Assembly: GCA_050249955.1 (NCBI GenBank)
Contig: JBFWPN010000001.1
Span: 896,716 to 960,715 of the forward strand
Reading direction: 5' to 3'
Source: Vicinamibacterales bacterium
GTDB lineage: Bacteria; Acidobacteriota; Vicinamibacteria; Vicinamibacterales; CAVVIG01
DNA: 64,000 nucleotides
In this document: one piece after another, positions 8,602 through 17,870 of the stretch
Position numbering within the stretch: position 1 is the first letter of the stretch
Layout of the letters: each line of letters starts with the position of its first letter
Notes under the pieces: model-generated
What the model saw: the letters and a program-made list of their open reading frames with translations, nothing else
What the model was told of the DNA's origin: nothing
The model's database searches: none
Translations under genes and position numbers: made by a program

Positions 8602-9936
8602 CTAGACGTGCCGTCCCATGGCCGAGTCGTGCCGTGTGTCGCGCATCATCGTGTACACGACGAGCGACGCGGCAATGACGCCGGTCAGGTAGAAGTAGAA
8701 CCAGTTCTCGTGGCCGATCGACTTGAACCACAGGGCGATCGACTCCGCGGTCCCCCCGAAAATCGACACCGTCACGGCATAGGGCAGGCCGACGCCCGTG
8801 GCCCTGACAGCCGTGGGAAAGAGTTCGGCCTTCACCACGGCGTTGATGGACGTGTAGCCGGCCACGATGATCCAGGCGGCCGCAATCAGCAGGAAGGCGA
8901 CGAAGCCGCTCTTCGTCGACTGCAGCGTGTAGAGGAGTGGAATGGTGAAGAGCGTGCCGGTGACACCGAACCAGATCAGCAGCGGCTTGCGCCCGATGCG
9001 GTCCGAGATGGCACCGTAGATCGGCTGCAGGATCAGCGCGAACACCAGCGACCCTGCCGTCACCAGCGTGGTCTGGTTGTCCGTGAGACCGACCGACAGC
9101 TTCAGGAACTTCTGCATGTAGGTCGTGTAGGTGTAGAAGGCGGTCGTGCCGCCCATGGTCAGGCCGACGACGACCATCACCTCGCGGGGATAGCGCATCA
9201 GCGCCCGCAGCGAGCTCTCGCGCTTCGTGACGACCTGCTTCGCCGCCTTGAAGTCGTCGGTCTCGTGCAGGTTGCGCCGCATCGCGAGGGCGACGACGGC
9301 GAGGAGGGCACCGATGAAGAAGGGGATGCGCCAGCCCCAGGCACGCAACTGCTCGTTGGTGAGGAACACCTGCTGCAGCAGGAGCAGCACCAGCAGCGCG
9401 GTGAGCTGGCCACCGATGAGCGTGACGTACTGGAAGCTCGAATAGAACCCGCGGTTCTTCTCGTCGGCGACCTCGGAGAGGTAGGTGGCGCTCGTGCCGT
9501 ACTCGCCGCCGAGGCTCAGTCCCTGCAGAAGCCGGGCGAGCCCCAGCATGACCGGTGCAGCCAGCCCGATGCTCGCATACGACGGCGTGACCGCAATCAT
9601 GAGCGAGCCGAAGCACATGAGCAGCACGGAGATCATCAGCGCGCTGCGCCGGCCGTACGAATCGGCCAGGTGGCCGAAGAGCCAGCCGCCCACCGGCCGC
9701 ACGATGAAGCCGATGGCAAAGAGGATGGCGGCATTCAGCTGCTGGACGACCGGGTCCGACCCGGGAAAGAAGGCGCCCGCGAAATAGAGCGCGAACGCTG
9801 AGTAGGCGTAGAAGTCGTACCACTCGACCAGGTTGCCGATCGACCCGACGAAGATGGCACCCACCCGCCGACGCACATCGTCGAAGTGGAGCTCGCCTGA
9901 GCGTTCGGTCACCTTGAGTGCTGCGCTGCGTTCCAC
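8602..9936 (-). CDS. MFS transporter, metabolite:H+ symporter family (KgtP/ProP-like)
   Basis: 'VEWYDFYAYSAFALYF' and MFS motif A 'GGWLFGHLADSYGRR'. 12-TM profile. Confidence 0.85.
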   Translation of the reverse strand: MERSAALKVTERSGELHFDDVRRRVGAIFVGSIGNLVEWYDFYAYSAFALYFAGAFFPGSDPVVQQLNAAILFAIGFIVRPVGGWLFGHLADSYGRRSALMISVLLMCFGSLMIAVTPSYASIGLAAPVMLGLARLLQGLSLGGEYGTSATYLSEVADEKNRGFYSSFQYVTLIGGQLTALLVLLLLQQVFLTNEQLRAWGWRIPFFIGALLAVVALAMRRNLHETDDFKAAKQVVTKRESSLRALMRYPREVMVVVGLTMGGTTAFYTYTTYMQKFLKLSVGLTDNQTTLVTAGSLVFALILQPIYGAISDRIGRKPLLIWFGVTGTLFTIPLLYTLQSTKSGFVAFLLIAAAWIIVAGYTSINAVVKAELFPTAVRATGVGLPYAVTVSIFGGTAESIALWFKSIGHENWFYFYLTGVIAASLVVYTMMRDTRHDSAMGRHV

Positions 9937-10018
9937 GCTGTTCTCCAGTGGCTGGCTCCGCCGCGAGATCGGACACGCGCGGGCCGGGCCATCTTATCCG
10001 AGTCGTCCGCGCCCGTGA

Positions 10019-11152
10019 CTACCGGTCGGCGGTGGACATCTGGGCCGGCGTGGGATGCAGGATCAGCTTCTGCACGCGCCAGTTGGAACTCTCGGCCACG
10101 TAGATCTCGTTCTCGGCAGGGCACGCGAGCTGGTGTGCGCCGGAGAACTGCTTCAGGTTGCGGCCGGACCTGCCGATGACGCCGAGCACCCGGCCATCGA
10201 GCGTCACCTTGAAGATGCGGCCGGGCCACGTGCTCTCGCCGAGATACAGCACCTGGTTCGGGCCGGGCGTGATGCAGAGGGAGTTGGGAGCCCCCACGCC
10301 CTGCATCGACGGCGCCTTCGGGGTGTCCCCGTTCACGGCGCGGGTGCTGTAGTCGGGCGGGATCCGGATCTTCCACTCGCGGAGGTACGTGCCATTGGTG
10401 TTGAAGACCTGCACGCGCTCGTTGCCGCGGTCGCCGACGTAGATGTTGTCGTTGCGGTCGATTACGATGGCGTGCGGCGTGCGGAACTGGCCGGGACCCG
10501 TGCCCGGCTCGCCGAACGACCCCACCCAGTCGCCGTTCCGATCGAACTTGGCGACGCGCGAGTTGACGTAGCCGTCGGTGACGTAGATGTTGCCCTGCGA
10601 GTCCCAGGCCACGTCGGTCGGCTGCCGGAAACTGCCGTCACGGGGAGGCAGGGGCGGGTTCACGTGCTCCCAGGGCTCGGCGCCGTCCGCCGACTCCTTG
10701 CGGCGGCCGAACACCCACACCACGCGGCCCGCCTGGTTGAACCGGATGACCATGTCCGAGCCCTTGTCGATGGCCCAGATGTCGTTGTTCCGGTCGATGC
10801 GGACGGTGTGGGCGAAGGCCCACCCGTAGAGATCGCGCCCGATCTCCCGGATGAAGTCGCCGTTCGGTGCGAACTCCAGCAACTGTGCCGCGGTCGGCCC
10901 GAAAGCGGGGCCTCCGGTCGCACCGGATCGGGAGAAGACATAGACATGTCCCCTCGCGTCGACCGCCACGCCCGGCACCTCGCCGAAGTTGGTACCTTGC
11001 GGCAGGTGGAGGAAGTCGGGAACGGAATCGAACTGAATCTCCGGTGCGCTCGCCTGCCCGGCGGGGGCGGCAGCCTGCTGACCGGCCGTCAGGCTGGTTG
11101 CCAGCGTGGCGAAGACGACGGCCCCGCACAGTGCCGAAACCCACTTCCTCAT
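10019..11152 (-). CDS. Secreted NHL-repeat beta-propeller protein
   Basis: ATG at 11152 gives the signal peptide 'MRKWVSALCGAVVFATLATSLTAG'. Repeated NHL-like units ('GHVYVFSR', 'NDIWAIDKGS', 'GNIYVTDGYVNSRV', 'DNIYVGDRGNERVQVF', 'NEIYVAESSNWRVQK'). The start overlaps the upstream stop (ATGA). Confidence 0.8.
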   Translation of the reverse strand: MRKWVSALCGAVVFATLATSLTAGQQAAAPAGQASAPEIQFDSVPDFLHLPQGTNFGEVPGVAVDARGHVYVFSRSGATGGPAFGPTAAQLLEFAPNGDFIREIGRDLYGWAFAHTVRIDRNNDIWAIDKGSDMVIRFNQAGRVVWVFGRRKESADGAEPWEHVNPPLPPRDGSFRQPTDVAWDSQGNIYVTDGYVNSRVAKFDRNGDWVGSFGEPGTGPGQFRTPHAIVIDRNDNIYVGDRGNERVQVFNTNGTYLREWKIRIPPDYSTRAVNGDTPKAPSMQGVGAPNSLCITPGPNQVLYLGESTWPGRIFKVTLDGRVLGVIGRSGRNLKQFSGAHQLACPAENEIYVAESSNWRVQKLILHPTPAQMSTADR

Positions 11153-12444
11153 CTGCCCTCCTTCGAGGCCGCCGGTCGCATGGGCGACGTGGTGCGATCG
11201 ATGGCCGTGCCCTTCAGGTACACGGCGCTGATACGCCGGGTGTTCGTGATGTCCTCGAGCGGATTGGCATCCAGCACCAGGAAGTCCGCGCTCTTGCCAG
11301 GCGCGATCGTGCCGAGGTCGTCGAGGCGCAGGAACGCCGCCGAGTTGCGCGTGGCAGCCACAATCACCTGCGCCGGCGTGAGTCCCGCGGCCACCATGTC
11401 GGCCATCTCGGCATGCGGTGCCCACGGCGTGTTGCCGTCGGTGCCGAGCGCGATGGTGACACCGGCAGCAGCCAGCTTCGCGAGGTTGCGCGCCTGCAGG
11501 TCAAAGGCCTTCTTCGTCTCCGGCCGGTCGACCGCGTTCTCCTGCAGGCGCCGGAGGTCGTCGGCCGGCAGGCTCGCGGCCAGCCAGCTCATGTCCGTGG
11601 CCACGCCCCTGTCGGGCAGGTTGGGCACCAGCACGAAGGCCGGCTTCTCCTTCAGCAGCGCCAGCACCTCGTCATCGGCGTCGGTGTCACGGATGCCGTG
11701 CGCGAAGGCGTCCACTCCGACCCGCAGCAGGCCCTTCGCATCCGACAGGTTGAAGATGTGGGCCGTCACGCGGAGCCCGGCCGCGTGCGCCTCGTCGATG
11801 ATCGGCGTGTAGAGTTCAGGCGGCAGCTTCTTGTACTGCCCGTTCCGGTCGTCCACCCAGATCTTCACGAGGTCGACCTTCCTCGAGGCGAGTTCACGCA
11901 CCGCCTGCCGACCTTCGGCTTCCGTGGTGATCCAGTACGGCGCGTCGGTCCGCCCGGGCTCGGGCAGCGTGATGCCGCGGCCGGCCGTCCGCACGAGCGC
12001 CACGCCGGGCACCGGGTTCGCACGGATGTCGAAGACCGTGTCTCCCTTGTCCTGGCCAAGGCTCAGGGCGGCGGCCACACCGTAGTAGGCGCGCCGCCTC
12101 AGGTCGTCGACCAGCGCCTCGCGCGTCTGGCTCAGGTGCGTGTGGGTGTCGACGATGGCCGGCATCACCGTCTTGCCGGCAAGGCTCACGTGCGTCGCGC
12201 CGTCGGCCACCGCAATGGACGCGGGCGGCCCCACGGCCAGGATCCGGCCCGCATCGACCACGATCGTGGCGTTCTCGATGGGCGGCGTGTCGGTCCCCGT
12301 GATGACCCGCGCCCCTTCGAACAGCGTGGTCGTGGACTGCGGGTTCTCCAGCTGCGAATCGGATGAGGTGCAGGCCGCGACGAGGAGTGACGAGCCCAGC
12401 GCGGCAGCAACCGCACCGGTGCGAACAGCCAGGAATCGGCGCAT
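11149..12444 (-). CDS. Metal-dependent amidohydrolase family lipoprotein
   Basis: ATG at 12444 gives the lipobox 'SSLLVAAC'. HxH motif 'AIVDTHTHL'. Later 'VTAHIF', 'FAHGI', 'IALGTDG'. Confidence 0.85.
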   Translation of the reverse strand: MRRFLAVRTGAVAAALGSSLLVAACTSSDSQLENPQSTTTLFEGARVITGTDTPPIENATIVVDAGRILAVGPPASIAVADGATHVSLAGKTVMPAIVDTHTHLSQTREALVDDLRRRAYYGVAAALSLGQDKGDTVFDIRANPVPGVALVRTAGRGITLPEPGRTDAPYWITTEAEGRQAVRELASRKVDLVKIWVDDRNGQYKKLPPELYTPIIDEAHAAGLRVTAHIFNLSDAKGLLRVGVDAFAHGIRDTDADDEVLALLKEKPAFVLVPNLPDRGVATDMSWLAASLPADDLRRLQENAVDRPETKKAFDLQARNLAKLAAAGVTIALGTDGNTPWAPHAEMADMVAAGLTPAQVIVAATRNSAAFLRLDDLGTIAPGKSADFLVLDANPLEDITNTRRISAVYLKGTAIDRTTSPMRPAASKEGR

Positions 12445-12612
12445 GCCATGCCTCCGGGAAAGAATCGCACTGTAACGCGGAGCGTCGCGCGAGACAACTG
12501 CGGGCGATCGGCGCAACATCGTTGCCGAACGGGGGCCATCGCGGGGGGTGCGCATGGCCAGGTGAGTTTACCGTTGTGGCTCGTGGTCCCCTCGTGGAGA
12601 ATCTCCGGCACT

Positions 12613-13401
12613 GTGACGCCTACACGCGCATCCATCCGCCCGGGCCTGCTCATCCTCGTGGCTCTCGTCGTGACCGGTGTCCTGTGCACGCCGCTGACGG
12701 CCTCCGCGCAGCTCAAGGTCATCATCTCTGGCGGCTTCAACGCGGCCTACCGCGAGCTGCTGCCGCAGTTCGAGGCGGCCAATGGCGTGACCGTCACGAC
12801 CACCAGCGGTGGATCGGTCGGCACCGGACCGAACACGATCGGCGCCCAGATCCGTCGAGGCGTGCCGGCTGACGTCGTGATCCTCGCCCGTGAGGGGCTG
12901 CGCGACCTGATCGCGGAACAGCGGATTGCCGCCGGCAGCGATGTAGACCTTGCCCGGTCGATCATCGGCGTGGTCGTGCGGAGCGGCGCCCCGAAACCGG
13001 ACATCAGCACGCCCGAGAAACTGAAGCAGGTGCTGCTCCAGGCCAAGTCGGTGGCCGTCTCGAGCAGCACGAGCGGCGTCTACCTCACCACCACCCTCTT
13101 CCCGAAGCTCGGCATCGCGGACGCGATGAAGGCCAAGACCAGCATGAGCGGCGCTGCCCTCGTCGGCCGCGGCGAGGCGGAGGTCGGCCTGCAGCAGGTC
13201 AGCGAGATCCTGCCGATTCCGAACACCACCTTCGTCGGCACCATCCCTGAAGAGATCCAGTACGTCACCACCTATGCCGGTGGTGTCGTGGCCGGCTCGG
13301 CGAATGCGTCCATGGCCTCGAAGCTGCTGGCATTCCTGTCGTCGGCTGCCGCGGCGCCGGCCGTGACGCGCAGCGGCATGGAGCCGGCGACCCGCCGCTG
13401 A
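12613..13401 (+). CDS. Periplasmic substrate-binding protein, ModA/type-2 PBP-like (start uncertain)
   Basis: GTG at 12613 gives a signal peptide ending 'LTASAQ'. 'LKVIISGGFNAAYRELLPQFEAANGVTVTTTSGGS ... ADVVILA' resembles molybdate/anion-binding proteins. No permease or ATPase partner is adjacent. Confidence 0.6.
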   Translation: MTPTRASIRPGLLILVALVVTGVLCTPLTASAQLKVIISGGFNAAYRELLPQFEAANGVTVTTTSGGSVGTGPNTIGAQIRRGVPADVVILAREGLRDLIAEQRIAAGSDVDLARSIIGVVVRSGAPKPDISTPEKLKQVLLQAKSVAVSSSTSGVYLTTTLFPKLGIADAMKAKTSMSGAALVGRGEAEVGLQQVSEILPIPNTTFVGTIPEEIQYVTTYAGGVVAGSANASMASKLLAFLSSAAAAPAVTRSGMEPATRR

Positions 13402-13460
13402 CACGTCGCGGCCTCGCGCCCCCGGAGGGCTGGTGGGGTCGGTGGGACCGCAAGAAGCAC

Positions 13461-13494
13461 AAAGGGCGGGCCCCCGGTTGGGAACCCGCCCTTT
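13461..13494. terminator. Bidirectional intrinsic terminator hairpin between convergent genes
   Basis: AAAGGGCGGG-(14 nt)-CCCGCCCTTT, a perfect 10-bp stem flanked by A/T runs, located between the PBP stop (13401) and the nrdJ stop (13526). Confidence 0.65.
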
Positions 13495-13525
13495 GCCCTT
13501 CAGTTCTGAGTTCTGACTTCTGTTC

Positions 13526-16375
<2,850 letters not shown>

Positions 16376-16580
16376 AGTCCTGCTCCGTTTGCTCCGGGGC
16401 GTCTCCCCGGATCAAGCAATCGAGCACCCCTGCCCCAGGGGTCCGATCGGCTTGTCTGTGATGTCTGAGTGAAGCGTTGGTTTGACTGAAAACGGCTTCG
16501 TACCTTCTGCGGACCGGTGTGGCCGGAAACCTGGGATGTCCCCGTCCGACGCCCGTCCTTCCTCGCGTCAGGCGGGTTTC

Positions 16581-16609
16581 AATATGCGCCCGCGTAACGA
16601 CGATGTCAA
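16581..16609 (-). promoter_or_regulatory. Candidate sigma-70 promoter for nrdJ
   Basis: On the minus strand: TTGACA (16609-16604), a 17-nt spacer, then CATATT (16586-16581). This implies a leader of about 200 nt. Confidence 0.4.
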
Positions 16610-16617
16610 GCCAGGAT

Positions 16618-16662
16618 CTACCACATATTGTGTTTTTGTTTTAGGGCACTCGCATATGTGGA
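16618..16662. promoter_or_regulatory. Pair of AT-rich palindromic boxes, NrdR-operator-like
   Basis: CCACATATTGTGT (16621-16633) and CACTCGCATATGTGG (16647-16661) share inverted CCACATAT/ATATGTGG cores. They lie just upstream of the putative -35 of an RNR gene and resemble the NrdR box consensus acaCwAtATaTwGtgt (about 12/16 matches for the first box). Confidence 0.45.
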
Positions 16663-16670
16663 TGCCTGTG
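16658..16670. repeat. 13-nt exact repeat GTGGATGCCTGTG, copy 1
   Basis: Identical 13-mer also found at 16995-17007. This copy abuts the second NrdR-like box. Confidence 0.85.
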
Positions 16671-16928
16671 GAAAAGACGGTACCTGGCGAAAACGCTAGG
16701 AAAACCTTGGTGGGTGTCCGGACGGGCCGACAAGTCGGCGCTTCAGGCGAAGTCCTGCGGGACCGTGGAAGAGTGGCGTCAGCCCGACCATTGGCGACGA
16801 GCCGGTGTGTTCGTACATGGCGGGCGGGAGGTCGTCTTTCGACGCCTCCCGACGTGCAGTGGCGGGGTGTATGGAAGGTTGTGTGCCCTCCGGCAGAACG
16901 CTGGAGGAACGAGGTTGCCCTCTTATTG

Positions 16929-16944
16929 AGCAACGGGAATGCCA
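16929..16944 (-). promoter_or_regulatory. Sigma-54 (-24/-12) promoter motif
   Basis: The minus strand reads TGGCATtcccgTTGCT, with exact GG-N10-GC spacing. Predicted TSS near 16918, reading toward lower coordinates. Confidence 0.6.
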
Positions 16945-16994
16945 GCAGCGATTCGCACGGAAATGGCCTGAATTTGCGCGGGTGTGTCGGAGCG

Positions 16995-17007
16995 GTGGAT
17001 GCCTGTG
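16995..17007. repeat. 13-nt exact repeat GTGGATGCCTGTG, copy 2
   Basis: Identical to 16658-16670. It overlaps the 11-bp palindrome TGTGTCACACA (17004-17014). Confidence 0.85.
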
Positions 17008-17234
17008 TCACACACCTGAACGGTTGTGCTGCACTGTGGGTAACAAACGCCCCACCGGTGTCGACACGCGGCCAGGGCCAAGGCCGCGTCGGCGCAGCAG
17101 TTCCGCGAGCCATGCGTCAGTGCCCCGATGGAGATCCGTCCAGTACGCTCGAGTCCACGTGCCGACACGGGCTCAGCGGTATGTGGCGGCACACCGACAG
17201 CGTTCCGAATTCAGAACGTGGAACGTCGAACGAC

Positions 17235-17870
17235 TTATCTGCCGAACAGCTGGGCGGCCAGGGCGGCCGCCTTGTCGGCGAGGTTGTTCGCGAAGACGAG
17301 GTTCCGGGCGCGGAGCGCCTCTTCTGCCTGCGTGGCGAAGCGCTTGGCGGTGTCGTACTGGTTCCGGGCGTCGGCGTTCAGCGCCTGGTAGTTCACCCGG
17401 TTCAGGTCGTTCAGCGCCTGACTGATGAGGATGCGTACGCGGCGCTCCACCTCGCCCTCGCGCTGCGTCGGCGTGGTCTGCAGCGTGGTCGGCGGGGTCC
17501 GGGGCTGGTCGTCCGCGGGCTTGGGTGTCTCGCTCACCACGACGTCGGTGCGGGGCGGCTCCGTGCTGCGCGGGGCGTCGGTTCTCGCCGGAGCCGTGGG
17601 CCTGGTCCGCACCGGAGTCTGCGGCTCGTCGGGCAGCGACACGATGGGCGACTGCGGCGGTTCGGCCGCCTCGACGATGCGCGGGGGTGGAGCGGGCATG
17701 TCGAGCGGAGGGAGTTCCGCCACCGTGCTCGCCTGACCGTGCGCACAGGCTCCAGCGACGAGCGGCAGCAGCCACAGGCACGCGTGGCGAGCCGCGCGTC
17801 CTGCCCTGGCTCGCCATCCCTGCGTCTCCGTGCTCCTGTCCCGCTGCATGCGCATGCTCACCGACCTCAC
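17235..17870 (-). CDS. Proline-rich lipoprotein with C-terminal helical domain (hypothetical)
   Basis: Lipobox 'LLPLVAGAC'. Pro/Thr-rich spacer followed by the helical 'RVRILISQALNDLNRVNYQALNADARNQYDTAKRFATQAEEALRARN'. The longest start, GTG at 17870, overlaps the kinase stop (GTGA); alternative ATGs at 17855 and 17849. Confidence 0.65.
   Translation of the reverse strand: MRSVSMRMQRDRSTETQGWRARAGRAARHACLWLLPLVAGACAHGQASTVAELPPLDMPAPPPRIVEAAEPPQSPIVSLPDEPQTPVRTRPTAPARTDAPRSTEPPRTDVVVSETPKPADDQPRTPPTTLQTTPTQREGEVERRVRILISQALNDLNRVNYQALNADARNQYDTAKRFATQAEEALRARNLVFANNLADKAAALAAQLFGR

Noticed and set aside
6356-9976. Very long ORFs in the track: 6356..9976(-) 1206 aa, 22904..26356(+) 1150 aa, 26278..30405(+) 1375 aa, 31158..34829(+) 1223 aa, 54680..57367(+) 895 aa, 36686..39826(+) 1046 aa, and others
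   Set aside because: Each runs antisense to, or out of frame with, a gene whose translation has strong recognisable motifs (TIR/MFS, bamA, tamB, carboxylase, topA, hslU). Their translations are Arg/Ala/Gly/Pro-rich with no domain-like motifs. This is the usual stop-codon-poor antisense artefact of high-GC DNA. Only the 3' part of 36686..39826 (from ATG 38888) is kept, as the PEGA gene.
13503-13523. Short tandem repeat GTTCTGA/GTTCTGA/CTTCTG just 3' of the nrdJ stop
   Set aside because: It has only about three units of 7 nt and lies in the terminator-flanking U/A-rich tail. It is too short to call a repeat element or CRISPR-like array.
16696-16818. A 40-codon minus-strand sORF (MYEHTGSSPMVGLTPLFHGPAGLRLKRRLVGPSGHPPRFS) downstream of the sigma-54 motif
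   Set aside because: It has no Shine-Dalgarno-like sequence. Its third-position GC (about 69% by my count) is lower than the surrounding genes appear to have. The peptide is compositionally unremarkable, and the sORF overlaps predicted RNA hairpins. I keep it only as a possibility to test by ribosome profiling.
16826-16875. Possible cobalamin riboswitch upstream of nrdJ (a 'GCCACTG' core followed by a GGGAGG hairpin on the minus strand)
   Set aside because: I could not find the other conserved elements (a B12 box such as AGYCMGGAGACCKGCC, or the GGGAA/GGTG junctions). B12 riboswitches are known to control B12-independent RNRs, not the B12-dependent NrdJ. The element also lies upstream of the putative nrdJ promoter. 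An Infernal scan would settle this.
16690-17234. A known housekeeping RNA (RNase P RNA, tmRNA, SRP/4.5S, 6S, tRNA) in the ORF-free region
   Set aside because: On neither strand did I find the RNase P P4 strands (GAGGAAAGTCCGGGC / ACAGAACCCGGCTTA), a tmRNA/tRNA T-arm (GGTTCGAnTCC with 3' CCA context), or the SRP domain IV motif (GGAA loop with AGCAGCCAAGG). 6S cannot be excluded by eye.
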